A DNA stretch of 59,450 nt from an uncultured Clostridia bacterium (GTDB taxonomy: Bacteria; Bacillota; Clostridia; Lachnospirales; Lachnospiraceae): the NCBI GenBank assembly GCA_946610715.1, contig CAMOCO010000001.1:1-59450 (forward strand), read 5' to 3'. The notes beneath the pieces were generated by a model that saw nothing but the letters and a program-made list of their open reading frames with translations, was not told the origin of the DNA and ran no database searches. The translations under genes and the position numbers were made by a program. Each line of letters begins with the position of its first letter. The stretch's first letter is position 1. Below are positions 39,254-49,323 of this stretch, piece by piece.

Positions 39254-40036
39254 ATGAGTGTATTAGATGTTGAACATATAAGTAAATCCTTCGGAAAAAC
39301 CGAGGTACTTAAGGATGTTAATTTTTCTATGGAGAAAAATGAGGTGCTTTCCATAATAGGTTCCTCGGGGAGCGGAAAGACAACACTTCTCAGATGTCTG
39401 AATTTCCTTGAACATGCAGATACAGGAATTATAAAGGTTGACGGAAATGTAATATATGATGCGGATGATCCGTCCTACAAGAAGGAGTCGGTGATCAGAA
39501 AGAGCATAAGTCATTTTGGAATGGTATTTCAGTCATTTAATTTATTTCCGCAATATACAGCCTTGGGAAATGTAATGCTGATGCCATCACTTCAGGCTAA
39601 AAACAGACCTGACTATAAGTCAAAAAAGAAGGAAATCCTTGCGGATATAAAAAGGGAAGCTGAAGAACTTCTGGAAATGATGGGATTGTCGGACAGAATG
39701 AATAATTACCCTCATCAGATGTCAGGAGGACAGTGTCAGAGAGTAGCCATAGCCAGGGCGCTTGCAATGAGTCCTGATATCCTTTGCTTCGATGAACCTA
39801 CATCTGCGCTTGATCCTGAGCTTACCGGTGAAGTTCTGAAGGTTATACGAGAACTTGCGGATAAGAATATGACCATGATAATAGTTACCCATGAGATGGA
39901 ATTTGCCAGAAATGTATCCAACCAGGTTATCTTCATGCATGATGGTATAGTTCTTGAGAAGGGAACACCCGAAGAGGTATTTGATAATCCGAAAGAGGAG
40001 AGGACAAAGAGGTTTCTCGGAATGTTATCGGACTAG
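39254..40036 (+). CDS. Polar amino-acid ABC transporter ATPase (GlnQ-like)
   Basis: [35 protein letters not shown]. Confidence 0.94.
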   Translation: MSVLDVEHISKSFGKTEVLKDVNFSMEKNEVLSIIGSSGSGKTTLLRCLNFLEHADTGIIKVDGNVIYDADDPSYKKESVIRKSISHFGMVFQSFNLFPQYTALGNVMLMPSLQAKNRPDYKSKKKEILADIKREAEELLEMMGLSDRMNNYPHQMSGGQCQRVAIARALAMSPDILCFDEPTSALDPELTGEVLKVIRELADKNMTMIIVTHEMEFARNVSNQVIFMHDGIVLEKGTPEEVFDNPKEERTKRFLGMLSD

Positions 40037-40052
40037 CAGAGAAAATCATATT

Positions 40053-40096
40053 AAAAAGAGACAGCTTTGAACAATTGTTTAAAGCTGTCTCTTTTT
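40053..40096. terminator. Bidirectional terminator
   Basis: AAAAGAGACAGCTTTGAACA-AT-TGTTTAAAGCTGTCTCTTTT. Confidence 0.9.
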
Positions 40097-40139
40097 GACT
40101 TCGCACCCGGAAATAAACGATGGATGCCGTTAGCTCGGA

Positions 40140-41360
40140 TTACAGAAAATAAAGCTGCTGACCGGGAGCTGTAAAGTTATCTGAAATTGTATGATTCTTT
40201 TTATATTCGTTGATTCTTGTCATAATACGTTCTGTCGGATTCAGCAGATCACTTATGGAAGCATCGTGATTCAGATGATCGATAACGATAGCTATATATT
40301 TGCTGAGGTCTGCTGACTTATACCAGGGACGTTTAAGGACTTCCGGATTTTCATGTGTTGCATTTGTGGAGATTACCATATTGAATACGCCTTCTTCATA
40401 GGCTTTATCAAATACACCCACACCCGCGGTGAAAAGTCCGAAGGTTGCCAGACAGAAGACTCTTCTGGCCTTGCGGCGCTTAAGCTCCCTCGCAACATCC
40501 AGCATAGACTCACCCGATGCAATCATATCATCTATGATTATAACATCCTTACCCTCAACGGAATCACCGAGAAATTCATGAGCTACGATAGGATTCTTTC
40601 CATTTACGACTCTTGTATAATCACGTCTCTTGTAGAACATACCCACATCCACATTGAAGTGGTTTGCAAAGTAAATTGCTCTGTACATAGCGCCTTCATC
40701 CGGACTGATAACCATCATATGGTCATTGTCCAGCTCAAGGTCAGGAACGGACTTCAGCAGGCACTTAATGAACTGATATGTAGGCATGAGACTTTCAAAA
40801 CCACTGGTTGGAATTGCATTTTGCACTCTCGGATCATGTGCATCAAATGTTATTATATTTGATACACCCATGGATACCAGCTCCTGAAGAGCTATGGCAC
40901 AATCAAGTGACTCACGGGAAGTACGCTTATGCTGCCTCGATTCATATAAAAACGGCATGATAACATTGATTCTTCTGGCCTTTCCGGCGCTTGCGGCTAT
41001 GATCCTTTTTACGTCTGCATAATGATCATCCGGAGACATGGGAACCATTCTGCCGCCAAGATTATATTCGATGCTGGAATTGATCACATCTACAAGGATA
41101 TAAAGGTCAGAACCTCTGACTGAATCAGAGATGGCACCCTTTGCTTCGCCGGAAGCGAACCTTGGGCAATGAGCCTGTATAAGGTAGCTGTCCTTTTCAT
41201 AACCTGAGAATTCAACATTATGGGCATTCAGGTTTTCTCTTTCGTGCCTCCATCTGGAGATATAGTGGTCAACCTTGTCACCCAGCGATGTGCAGCTGTT
41301 TAAAGCTACAATACCAAGTGGTCCCACAGGTACAGTAACGAGTTTGCTTTGATCAGGCAT
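40140..41360 (-). CDS. prs: Ribose-phosphate pyrophosphokinase
   Basis: RFASGE, PFLYESRQH, SPDEGA, IIIDDMIASG. Confidence 0.94.
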   Translation of the reverse strand: MPDQSKLVTVPVGPLGIVALNSCTSLGDKVDHYISRWRHERENLNAHNVEFSGYEKDSYLIQAHCPRFASGEAKGAISDSVRGSDLYILVDVINSSIEYNLGGRMVPMSPDDHYADVKRIIAASAGKARRINVIMPFLYESRQHKRTSRESLDCAIALQELVSMGVSNIITFDAHDPRVQNAIPTSGFESLMPTYQFIKCLLKSVPDLELDNDHMMVISPDEGAMYRAIYFANHFNVDVGMFYKRRDYTRVVNGKNPIVAHEFLGDSVEGKDVIIIDDMIASGESMLDVARELKRRKARRVFCLATFGLFTAGVGVFDKAYEEGVFNMVISTNATHENPEVLKRPWYKSADLSKYIAIVIDHLNHDASISDLLNPTERIMTRINEYKKNHTISDNFTAPGQQLYFL

Positions 41361-42388
41361 TAATTTTTTCCTCCGTTTTTGTTCAAAATGGCTGTTCTTT
41401 TCTGATACCTTATATTATCACCATAAAGATGATAGAAAGTATAGTGCTGTACGAATCTTGACATAATGCGCTCAGAATATCTTCCGGAGATATCTTCCAG
41501 AGTGAGATTAGTTGAAATGATGGTTGATCTTTCGTCAAGAATCCTTCTGTTAACTATCTCATAGAACTGGGAATGAACAAATGAATTCATCAGCTCCGTG
41601 CCCAGATCATCTATGATCAGCAGATCTGAGGAAAAGATACATTCATATAAATCGGCAAGAGCGGCATTATCGGATTTTCTCATTATGTACTTAGACAGAA
41701 TATCCTCGAAGAGTTCATTTGCCGTAAGATACAAAACAGAATAACCTTTATCGAGCAAATCCCTGGCGATGCAGTTTGTAAGAAAGGTTTTTCCGAGGCC
41801 GGGATCGCCGTACAGCAATATATTGTCAAATGTACTGCCGAACTGAGATACAAAGTTTTTTGCCTTGTTCAGCTGGCTTTGTGCATTTTTATACGCAGAC
41901 GGTTTGTCGTCTGAGCATTCCTTACTATAATACGATAAGTCGAATGTGTCAAAGTTTTCTGTAGATAAAATTTTATCAAGATTGGAATTTTTATATAAAC
42001 TATCAATCTGAATGCGTTTGACACAGGAACATATTTTTCCGTTATACATACCTTCATCATGGCAGAGAGGGCAGTTGTAGACAGGATCCAGATAATCCTC
42101 GGGATATCCTTTTTCCTTAAGCATTTCTCTTCTTTTTTTATTTATGGAATCTATCTGAAGACGAATATCACTGTAGCTGTCATTTTCATCCGGATTTCCG
42201 GTCGTGGATAATATCCTTTTAGTCATTGTTCTGAGAGAGAGATTCTTTACCTCATCAAAGGTTTGGGTGATCTCAGGATATAATTTGGCAATCTCGTCAT
42301 ATCGTTCCTGCATGGTACGTTGATTATCGGTTCTGACTTTGCTTAGATGCCACTGAATATTTGTTTTTTGTGTAATACCTGATATCAT
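41360..42388 (-). CDS. dnaC: DnaC/DnaI-like AAA+ helicase loader
   Basis: CPLC..CSC zinc site, Walker A GDPGLGKT, LLIIDDLG, STN, ERIMSR. Confidence 0.88.
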   Translation of the reverse strand: MISGITQKTNIQWHLSKVRTDNQRTMQERYDEIAKLYPEITQTFDEVKNLSLRTMTKRILSTTGNPDENDSYSDIRLQIDSINKKRREMLKEKGYPEDYLDPVYNCPLCHDEGMYNGKICSCVKRIQIDSLYKNSNLDKILSTENFDTFDLSYYSKECSDDKPSAYKNAQSQLNKAKNFVSQFGSTFDNILLYGDPGLGKTFLTNCIARDLLDKGYSVLYLTANELFEDILSKYIMRKSDNAALADLYECIFSSDLLIIDDLGTELMNSFVHSQFYEIVNRRILDERSTIISTNLTLEDISGRYSERIMSRFVQHYTFYHLYGDNIRYQKRTAILNKNGGKN

Positions 42389-43497
42389 CAGCTGTTTCTA
42401 ACCTCATTAAGATATAATTCTTCAATTTTCTTTAAAGCGGCGCTTGGAACACTTCCTTTGCCTGAACCATTCTGACTTCCCGGATTATTTTGATTTCCCG
42501 AACCGTTTCCTGAGCTTTTGGAAGCGGTTTTAATCTTTCTATGCTTATCATCAAGAGTGCTGATATCTGCAAAGCTTCTCACATTACTGTTATACCAGCT
42601 TTCAAGGATTCCGTTAACATAGTTAAAGGTAGCCGAATTCGGTTTTAGCGAAATAGCCCTCCGGCATGCCTCAAGTATAAGAGGCTCAGTAAATCCGAAA
42701 TCCCTTGTCCAGTGATCTATAAAATTCCTCTCTACAGGTGCGGGCATACGCGATGTAATGCCAAGTTCCTTCAGAATCTTTGTATATAATGAATAATAAG
42801 ATGATGTGAAGGCTTCCGCTTCTGTTCTTGTGGATATATTATTGGTGTACCAGTTTCTGGCAACCTTTTCGATATAGCTGAAATTGGTTTTTTTAATGGA
42901 TGCACAGTACTCCAGCAGATATTCGATAAGATCAAATGACAGCTTAAGGGTGTCATATATATAGATCAGTGAATCAATATCTGTTTTGGTAAGCTCCCTG
43001 TCGCAATATGCCTCGGCTTCAGCCTTAAGATTGCAGAACATGGGATCTTCCAGCTGAGAGTTCAGCTTGTCCGGAGTAGGAGCGGTTTTTCTGGGAACTG
43101 ACCTTTCTTTTGCGGTGTCATAATCTGTATTTTCCGATCCGGATTCTTTTGTAAGACTGATGATATTCTCTTTTGGAGTGAGGACTCTGGCATTTGGTTT
43201 ACTGAGGCTGCAGATTATAATTCCGTTTACCTCATCCTCATTATCAGGTGAATATGAAAGCTTTAGTACATCCTGCCTGATCCAGTATTTAATTCCGCGG
43301 CATACATCTTTCTCCGTGCAGTTCAGATGATCGGCGATGTCTGATACCGATATGGCGGCACCGGCACTGCAAAGTCTGGCAAGATAAATATACAGCTTTA
43401 CAAAATCACCGTTAGCATCATTCATATAGTAATCTATAAAATTATTTGAAATGCTGGAAAAGGTTTCTTCTTCAGCAGAAATCTTAATTGTTGACAT
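42388..43497 (-). CDS. dnaD: DnaD domain replication protein (two DnaD domains)
   Basis: ISNNFIDYYM..ANG..VKLY; two Y..K(G)..W motifs (YIEKVARNW, YVNGILESW). Confidence 0.88.
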   Translation of the reverse strand: MSTIKISAEEETFSSISNNFIDYYMNDANGDFVKLYIYLARLCSAGAAISVSDIADHLNCTEKDVCRGIKYWIRQDVLKLSYSPDNEDEVNGIIICSLSKPNARVLTPKENIISLTKESGSENTDYDTAKERSVPRKTAPTPDKLNSQLEDPMFCNLKAEAEAYCDRELTKTDIDSLIYIYDTLKLSFDLIEYLLEYCASIKKTNFSYIEKVARNWYTNNISTRTEAEAFTSSYYSLYTKILKELGITSRMPAPVERNFIDHWTRDFGFTEPLILEACRRAISLKPNSATFNYVNGILESWYNSNVRSFADISTLDDKHRKIKTASKSSGNGSGNQNNPGSQNGSGKGSVPSAALKKIEELYLNEVRNS

Positions 43498-43538
43498 TTT
43501 TATATAGAACCTCCAAATACTTTCCCCTAAGCGAATAG

Positions 43539-43567
43539 ATTATATCAACAGATTCTATCATTTGCAA
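43539..43567 (-). promoter_or_regulatory. Promoter of the dnaD-dnaC-prs operon
   Basis: On the - strand: TTGCAA, 17 nt, TATAAT with an extended TGn. Confidence 0.72.
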
Positions 43568-43602
43568 ATTGCCGGGAGGCGGTTTACAGGCAATAACAGA
43601 GA

Positions 43603-43759
43603 TGTTGATTATGTTGAAAATGTTAATAAAAATTAATAATAATCAAAAAGGGCTTAAAAAAGGGGATCAGCGAAATCAGATCGCGAATCCCCGGTTGTTG
43701 ATAATTTAAATATTTAAATCCATATCTTATAGTTGAAAAAATGTGGATAATGTTGATAA
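43603..43759. promoter_or_regulatory. Cluster of DnaA-box-like 9-mers
   Basis: Perfect TTATCCACA on the - strand at 43742-43750, plus co-oriented variants at 43603, 43612, 43621, 43696, 43731 and 43751. Confidence 0.7.
43656..43692 (-). terminator. murC terminator
   Basis: On the - strand: GGGGATTCGCGA-TCTGATT-TCGCTGATCCCC-TTTTTT. Confidence 0.7.
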
Positions 43760-43760
43760 C

Positions 43761-45158
43761 TTATTCTGATAATAGCATAGTGCCCACAGAATCTATATTT
43801 CCCGCTCCCATAGTTATTAACAAATCATTGTTTTTATAATTTTTTAAAAAATAATTTTTTATGGCATCAAAGCTTCCTAAATATATGGCATCCACGCCTT
43901 TTTCTTTCAGAAGAGCTTCTATATTCTTTGAACTGATGCTTTCATCAAAGGGCTCTCTTGCGGCATAGATATCAGCAAGCAGAACATGGTCTGCGGCTGA
44001 AAGAGCATTGACGAAGTCGGGAAGCAGAGCTTTTGTTCTGGAATAAGTATGAGGCTGGAAGGCAACCCACAGGTCACCTGTTTTGACAGAATTCGCAACA
44101 GCAAGTGTGGCGGCGATTTCTGTTGGGTGATGGGCATAGTCATCAATTACTTTTACGTCACCCTTTATGGTTCCCTTATACTGGAAGCGTCTGTCGGCGC
44201 TGTGGCATTTCATGAGACCTTCTCTTATACTATCCATGGAAATACCGGCATATTCGGCAGCTGCGACTGCGGCAAGGGAATTTACGGCATTATGAACTCC
44301 ATTAACCGAGAGAGATATATCGGTAATATATTCTCCGTTTTTAATAAGCTTATAGGCTGGCTGTCCCAGAGGATTCAGTTCAATATCGGTGGCACAGTAA
44401 TCATTATCTTTACCGGTACCGAAGGTTATAACAGTAATATTTTTATCCTTAACTCTGTCTTTAATTATATCCCTGTACGGCATATCTCCGTTAATTATAA
44501 GAGCGCCCGTGTCCTGAGTTTTGGTTGCGAAAACAGCAAAGGATTCAATGATGTTGTCCAGATTCTTGAAGAAATCCAGATGATCGTTATCTATATTTAA
44601 AATGATATTTATATATGGTTTAAATGAATGGTAGCTGTTTGTATATTCGCAGGCTTCGGTCACAAAATAATCGGAATGACCGACACGGATATTTCCGTCA
44701 ATAATCTTCAGCATTCCACCGATGGAAATTGTTGGATCAGTATCAGCTTCAAGGAGTATGTGGGAAAGCATGGAAGTTGTGGTGGTTTTTCCGTGAGTTC
44801 CCGCAACTGCAATGCTGTATTTATACTCGTCCATCAGCTGTCCCAGAAGTTCAGCCCTTGTCAGCATGGTGATGCCCTTTTCTTTGGCGGCAATAAATTC
44901 TTCATTATCAGGGCGGATGGCAGCGGTATATACGATAAAATCAATATCATCGGTTATATTTGCTGAAACCTGGCCGATATTAATGTGAATTCCCATATCG
45001 CGAAGCTTTTTTACAGATTGATTTTCCTGCATATCCGAGCCGGACACGGTAAAATTATACTGATGAAGTATTTCCGCAAGACCGCTCATGGATACTCCGC
45101 CAATTCCCATAAAATATACATGACAGGGTTTGTTGAATTCAATTTTGGATGTTTTCAT
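43761..45158 (-). CDS. murC: UDP-N-acetylmuramate--L-alanine ligase
   Basis: GIGGVSMSGLA, AGTHGKTTT, EACE, DHLD, DDYAHHPTE, FQPHTYSRT. Confidence 0.97.
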   Translation of the reverse strand: MKTSKIEFNKPCHVYFMGIGGVSMSGLAEILHQYNFTVSGSDMQENQSVKKLRDMGIHINIGQVSANITDDIDFIVYTAAIRPDNEEFIAAKEKGITMLTRAELLGQLMDEYKYSIAVAGTHGKTTTTSMLSHILLEADTDPTISIGGMLKIIDGNIRVGHSDYFVTEACEYTNSYHSFKPYINIILNIDNDHLDFFKNLDNIIESFAVFATKTQDTGALIINGDMPYRDIIKDRVKDKNITVITFGTGKDNDYCATDIELNPLGQPAYKLIKNGEYITDISLSVNGVHNAVNSLAAVAAAEYAGISMDSIREGLMKCHSADRRFQYKGTIKGDVKVIDDYAHHPTEIAATLAVANSVKTGDLWVAFQPHTYSRTKALLPDFVNALSAADHVLLADIYAAREPFDESISSKNIEALLKEKGVDAIYLGSFDAIKNYFLKNYKNNDLLITMGAGNIDSVGTMLLSE

Positions 45159-45241
45159 TTTATGCTTTACCTCGCTTTTAGACTTTCAAAACATATGATA
45201 TTTTATCATATAGTAAAGATTATGTGTAGAATTAAATATGC

Positions 45242-45270
45242 TTTACATTCAGAATCTAAAGATATATACT
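45242..45270 (+). promoter_or_regulatory. ilvE promoter
   Basis: TTTACA, 17 nt, TATACT. Confidence 0.6.
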
Positions 45271-45340
45271 TTATAGGAATGACCGGCAGTATAAAATCCA
45301 TGCCGGAAGTTGGATTTTAACAGGAATGGAGATGTTTAAA

Positions 45341-46363
45341 ATGGAGAAAAAAAATATCGATTGGGGATCACTCGGATTTGGTTATATGGAAACCGATGCC
45401 AGCTATGTTTCAAATTATAAGGACGGAGCATGGGATGACGGAGTTATCACACCGGATCATAACATTACAATGAATGAGTGTGCCTGTGTACTTCAATATG
45501 CACAAGCCTGCTTTGAAGGTCTCAAGGCTTATACTACAGAAGACGGACATGTTGTTACATTCCGTCCTGACCTTAATGCTCAGCGTATGGCTGATTCCTG
45601 TGCAAGACTTGAGATGCCTGTATTTCCGGTTGATAGATTTATAGATGCTGTTGAGAAGGTTGTAAAGGCAAATGAAGCCTGGGTTCCTCCTTATGGATCA
45701 GGTGCCACACTTTATATCAGACCATATATGTTCGGATATAATTCTGTTATCGGAGTTAAGCCTGCTGATGAATATCAGTTCAGAATTCTTGTAACTCCGG
45801 TTGGTCCTTATTTCAAGGGCGGAGCGAAGCCTATCGTTATACGTGTAAGTGATTTCGACCGAGCAGCTCCACACGGAACAGGTCACGTTAAGGCAGGACT
45901 TAATTATGCAATGTCACTTCATGCAATAGTTGATGCACATGCAAAGGGATTTGATGAAAATATGTATCTTGATCCTTCTACCAGAACAAAGGTTGAGGAA
46001 ACAGGTGGAGCAAACTTCATTTTTATTAAAGGAAATAAGCTGATCACTCCGAAATCATCAAGTATTCTTCCTTCAATCACAAGACGTTCACTTGAGGTTG
46101 TTGCTGAGAAGTATCTTGGAATGGAAGTTGAAGAGAGAGAGGTATTATTTGAAGAGGTTCCTACATTTGAGGAATGTGGTCTTTGCGGTACAGCTGCAGT
46201 AATCTCACCTGTCGGCAAGGTTTATGATCATGGCAAGGAAATCTGCTTCCCGAGCGGAATGGATGAAATGGGACCTGTGACAAAGAAGCTTTATGATACT
46301 CTTACCGGAATTCAGATGGGTAGAATAGAAGCTCCTGAAGGCTGGATCAAAGAGATTATCTAA
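45341..46363 (+). CDS. ilvE: Branched-chain amino acid aminotransferase
   Basis: YAQACFEGLKAY, LYIRP, PLP lysine in VKAGLNY, EETGGAN, ILPSITR, CGTAAVISP. Alternative starts at 45326 and 45332. Confidence 0.95.
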   Translation: MEKKNIDWGSLGFGYMETDASYVSNYKDGAWDDGVITPDHNITMNECACVLQYAQACFEGLKAYTTEDGHVVTFRPDLNAQRMADSCARLEMPVFPVDRFIDAVEKVVKANEAWVPPYGSGATLYIRPYMFGYNSVIGVKPADEYQFRILVTPVGPYFKGGAKPIVIRVSDFDRAAPHGTGHVKAGLNYAMSLHAIVDAHAKGFDENMYLDPSTRTKVEETGGANFIFIKGNKLITPKSSSILPSITRRSLEVVAEKYLGMEVEEREVLFEEVPTFEECGLCGTAAVISPVGKVYDHGKEICFPSGMDEMGPVTKKLYDTLTGIQMGRIEAPEGWIKEII

Positions 46364-46380
46364 TTAGTGTGTAATTTCAG

Positions 46381-46414
46381 GGGCACCGGTTCTGCGAAGG
46401 ATACGGTGCCCTTT
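46381..46414 (+). terminator. ilvE terminator-like hairpin
   Basis: GGGCACCG...CGGTGCCC followed by a short TTT tract. Confidence 0.6.
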
Positions 46415-46441
46415 AGATTATTTATGTATTTAGGTGTTTAT

Positions 46442-46945
46442 ATGAGTCGTAATAATCGAAAAAACAGAATAATACTAATGCTTATCTGTCTGATGATCTT
46501 TACCCTGACAGCTTGCGGTCCGGGGAAGCAGGTAATCAAAGAGGACGATATGACCATTACCCTGACCAAGGATTTTCAGAAGGGACACAAAGATAATGTT
46601 ACATGGTATTATACAAGCTCAGATGCAATAGCTATAGGAATAAAGGTTCTTAAAACTGATCTTGAAAAGGAAGGGCTTGAGACTAATTCATCTTCGGATT
46701 ATGCGGAAGCATATATTAAAGCAAATGAAGTTCCCGGCAGTCCTCAGGTAAAGTCAGAGGATAATTATGTTTATTTTGAATATAATGATAAGGTGTCGGG
46801 AAGTGATTATTCATATCTGACATGCATATATGATGACAGAGACAGTTACTGGATGGTTAGCTTCGCATGCTATAAGGATGCTTATGTGGAATCCAGCAAA
46901 GAATTTTTTAAATGGGCAGATTCGGTGGAATTTGGTAATGACTAA
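46442..46945 (+). CDS. Hypothetical lipoprotein
   Basis: Basic N-terminus, hydrophobic stretch and lipobox LTAC; start moved to ATG 46442. Confidence 0.75.
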   Translation: MSRNNRKNRIILMLICLMIFTLTACGPGKQVIKEDDMTITLTKDFQKGHKDNVTWYYTSSDAIAIGIKVLKTDLEKEGLETNSSSDYAEAYIKANEVPGSPQVKSEDNYVYFEYNDKVSGSDYSYLTCIYDDRDSYWMVSFACYKDAYVESSKEFFKWADSVEFGND

Positions 46946-47708
46946 GGATAGCATACTTCAAAACAGATTTATATTATCTGAGCTGGTTAAGAAAGGCATC
47001 AGACTTAAATACCGCAGATCATATCTGGGTATTGTATGGTCGCTATTGGAACCGCTCCTTACAATGATAGTTCTTACCATTGTATTCGGAACTCTTATGG
47101 GAGTAAAGGATGAGACATTTCCCGTATATATTTTGGCAGGACGACTTTTTTACGGATTCTTTTCACAAAGCACAACGGCAGCATTAAAATCCATTCGTGT
47201 GAACAGCTCTATTATTAAAAAGGTATATGTTCCCAAAATCCTTTATCCTTTATCAGCCGTAATTTTTAATTATGTTATATTTTTGATATCACTTATTGTA
47301 CTGGCAATAGTATCTATAGTACTTAAGGTATATCCTACTTTATATCTGGTTCAGGCTGTACTTCCTCTTATTGTTCTGTTTTTACTGGGACTTGGCGTGG
47401 GACTTGTAATGTCCACCATCGGGGTGTTCTTCCGTGATATGGAATATTTATGGAATGTACTCCTTATGCTTATAATGTATACATCCGCCATATTTTATAT
47501 GCCGGAGAGGCTTCTGAAAAGCGGATGGGGCTTCGTACTTAAATTGAATCCGCTGTATTGTACCATTGCCTGCTTCAGAGATTCGATATTCGGCAGGCCT
47601 TTGGAAATCAAGCTCCTATGCTACAGCTTTTTATTCAGTGTTCTTGCTATCATCTTCGGGATATTTATTTTTAAGAAAAATGAAGACAGATTTATACTAA
47701 ATATTTAA
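46938..47708 (+). CDS. ABC-2 glycopolymer export permease (Wzm/TagG-like)
   Basis: KYRRSYLGIVWSLLEPL, IKKVYVP, FRD, LNPL; start ATG 46938. Confidence 0.9.
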   Translation: MTKDSILQNRFILSELVKKGIRLKYRRSYLGIVWSLLEPLLTMIVLTIVFGTLMGVKDETFPVYILAGRLFYGFFSQSTTAALKSIRVNSSIIKKVYVPKILYPLSAVIFNYVIFLISLIVLAIVSIVLKVYPTLYLVQAVLPLIVLFLLGLGVGLVMSTIGVFFRDMEYLWNVLLMLIMYTSAIFYMPERLLKSGWGFVLKLNPLYCTIACFRDSIFGRPLEIKLLCYSFLFSVLAIIFGIFIFKKNEDRFILNI

Positions 47709-47718
47709 TGAGTGGCTT

Positions 47719-48450
47719 ATGAGTGATATAGTATTATCAGTTAAAAATGTAGGAATGAAGTTCAATCTGAGCAAGGAAAAACATGATTCCTTAAAGGAAT
47801 ATTTTATAGCCCTTGCGAAGGGCGAGCTTAAATATAATGAGTTCTGGGCACTGAAGGATGTTACATTTGAACTTGAAAGAGGTGACCGAATCGGGATTCT
47901 GGGGCTTAACGGTGCGGGAAAGTCAACCCTTCTTAAAGTTATCGCGGGAGTATTTAAGCCCACGGAAGGAAAGGTGGAAAGAAGCGGAGTGCTTGCACCG
48001 CTGATAGAGCTGGGAGCGGGCTTTGATCCGCAATATACCGGCAGGGAAAATATTTTTCTTTACGGAGCGTGTCTGGGATACAGCAGAGGCTTTATCAATG
48101 AAAAAATTGATGATATAATAGAATTCTCCGAGCTTGGAGAGTTCATAGATGTTCCGGTGAAGAATTATTCATCGGGAATGAAGGCGAGGCTTGGATTTTC
48201 AATTGCCACCGTGGTGGAACCGGATATGCTTATTCTGGATGAGATATTGTCGGTAGGTGACGCAAAGTTCAGAAAAAAAAGCGAAGCCAGACTTAACAGT
48301 TTAATTGAAAAAGGTGTTACGGTTCTTTTTGTTTCACATAATACAGATCAAGTCAGAAGACTATGCAACAAAGCCATGATTCTGGAGAAGGGGAAGATAG
48401 TGGCGCTGGGTGATACCGAAACGGTTGCGTCAGAGTATGACAGAATATGA
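47719..48450 (+). CDS. Glycopolymer export ATPase (Wzt/TagH-like), without a C-terminal carbohydrate-binding domain
   Basis: FWALKDV, GLNGAGKST, YSSGMKARLGF, LDEILSVGD. Confidence 0.92.
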   Translation: MSDIVLSVKNVGMKFNLSKEKHDSLKEYFIALAKGELKYNEFWALKDVTFELERGDRIGILGLNGAGKSTLLKVIAGVFKPTEGKVERSGVLAPLIELGAGFDPQYTGRENIFLYGACLGYSRGFINEKIDDIIEFSELGEFIDVPVKNYSSGMKARLGFSIATVVEPDMLILDEILSVGDAKFRKKSEARLNSLIEKGVTVLFVSHNTDQVRRLCNKAMILEKGKIVALGDTETVASEYDRI

Positions 48451-48468
48451 AAGGACGAGGTCAGGGGT

Positions 48469-49320
48469 ATGTATTTTCTCGAAATACTAAAAGTAATCTT
48501 TGTGGGGATTGTTGAAGGAATTACCGAATGGCTGCCTATTAGCAGTACGGGACATATGCTTCTTGTGGATGAATTCCTTAAAATGAGAATGAGGGATGAA
48601 TTCAGAGATATGTTCTTCGTAGTAATCCAGCTTGGAGCAATTATTGCGGTTATCGTTATTTTCTGGGATAAGCTGTGGCCGTTTAAAAAATCAAAGAAAC
48701 CGGAAAATAAAGGAGCAATTGTTGTCAACAAAAAAATAATCAATCTCTGGATAAGAGTTTTGATCGCAACATTTCCAGCAGCTGTTATAGGTCTTCTTCT
48801 GGATGACTGGATGGATGAGCATATGCATAAAGCCTGGGTTATAGCCATAGCGCTGATAGTATATGGTGTATGGTTCATATGGGTTGAAGAGAAAAACCGC
48901 GGTAGAAGGCCAAGAGTAAATAAACTGCTTAAGCTTTCATATCTGGATGCACTGAAGATAGGACTTTTCCAGTGCCTTTCAATCATACCCGGAACATCAA
49001 GGTCGGGTGCGACAATTATCGGAGGACTTGAAACCGGACTGTCAAGAAGAGTTGCAGCCGAGTATACATTCTTCATGGGAATTCCTATCATGTTCGGATG
49101 GAGCGTTGTGAAGATCATAAAATTCGGACTCCATTATACATTTTTTGAATTCCTCGAGCTGATACTGGGTATGGCAGTGGCATTCTTCGTATCACTTCTT
49201 GTAATAAAATTCCTGATGGAATATATTAAAAAACATAACTTTAAAATGTTTGGATTTTATCGTATAGCACTGGGAGTGCTGGTACTTATAGTATTTGGGG
49301 TTAAAGCAATAGCAGGTTAA
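48469..49320 (+). CDS. uppP: Undecaprenyl-diphosphate phosphatase
   Basis: EGITEWLPISSTGH, IQLGAI, IPGTSRSGATI. Confidence 0.96.
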   Translation: MYFLEILKVIFVGIVEGITEWLPISSTGHMLLVDEFLKMRMRDEFRDMFFVVIQLGAIIAVIVIFWDKLWPFKKSKKPENKGAIVVNKKIINLWIRVLIATFPAAVIGLLLDDWMDEHMHKAWVIAIALIVYGVWFIWVEEKNRGRRPRVNKLLKLSYLDALKIGLFQCLSIIPGTSRSGATIIGGLETGLSRRVAAEYTFFMGIPIMFGWSVVKIIKFGLHYTFFEFLELILGMAVAFFVSLLVIKFLMEYIKKHNFKMFGFYRIALGVLVLIVFGVKAIAG

Positions 49321-49323
49321 AAA

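Noticed and set aside
43498-43760. oriC or a CRISPR-like array
   Set aside because: No dnaA or dnaN in the window. The repeats are 9-mers without unique spacers, and there are no cas genes.
45283-45306. T-box or attenuator in the ilvE leader (CCGGCA/TGCCGG stem)
   Set aside because: The leader is too short and has no T-box motif or U-tract; at most a stabilising stem.
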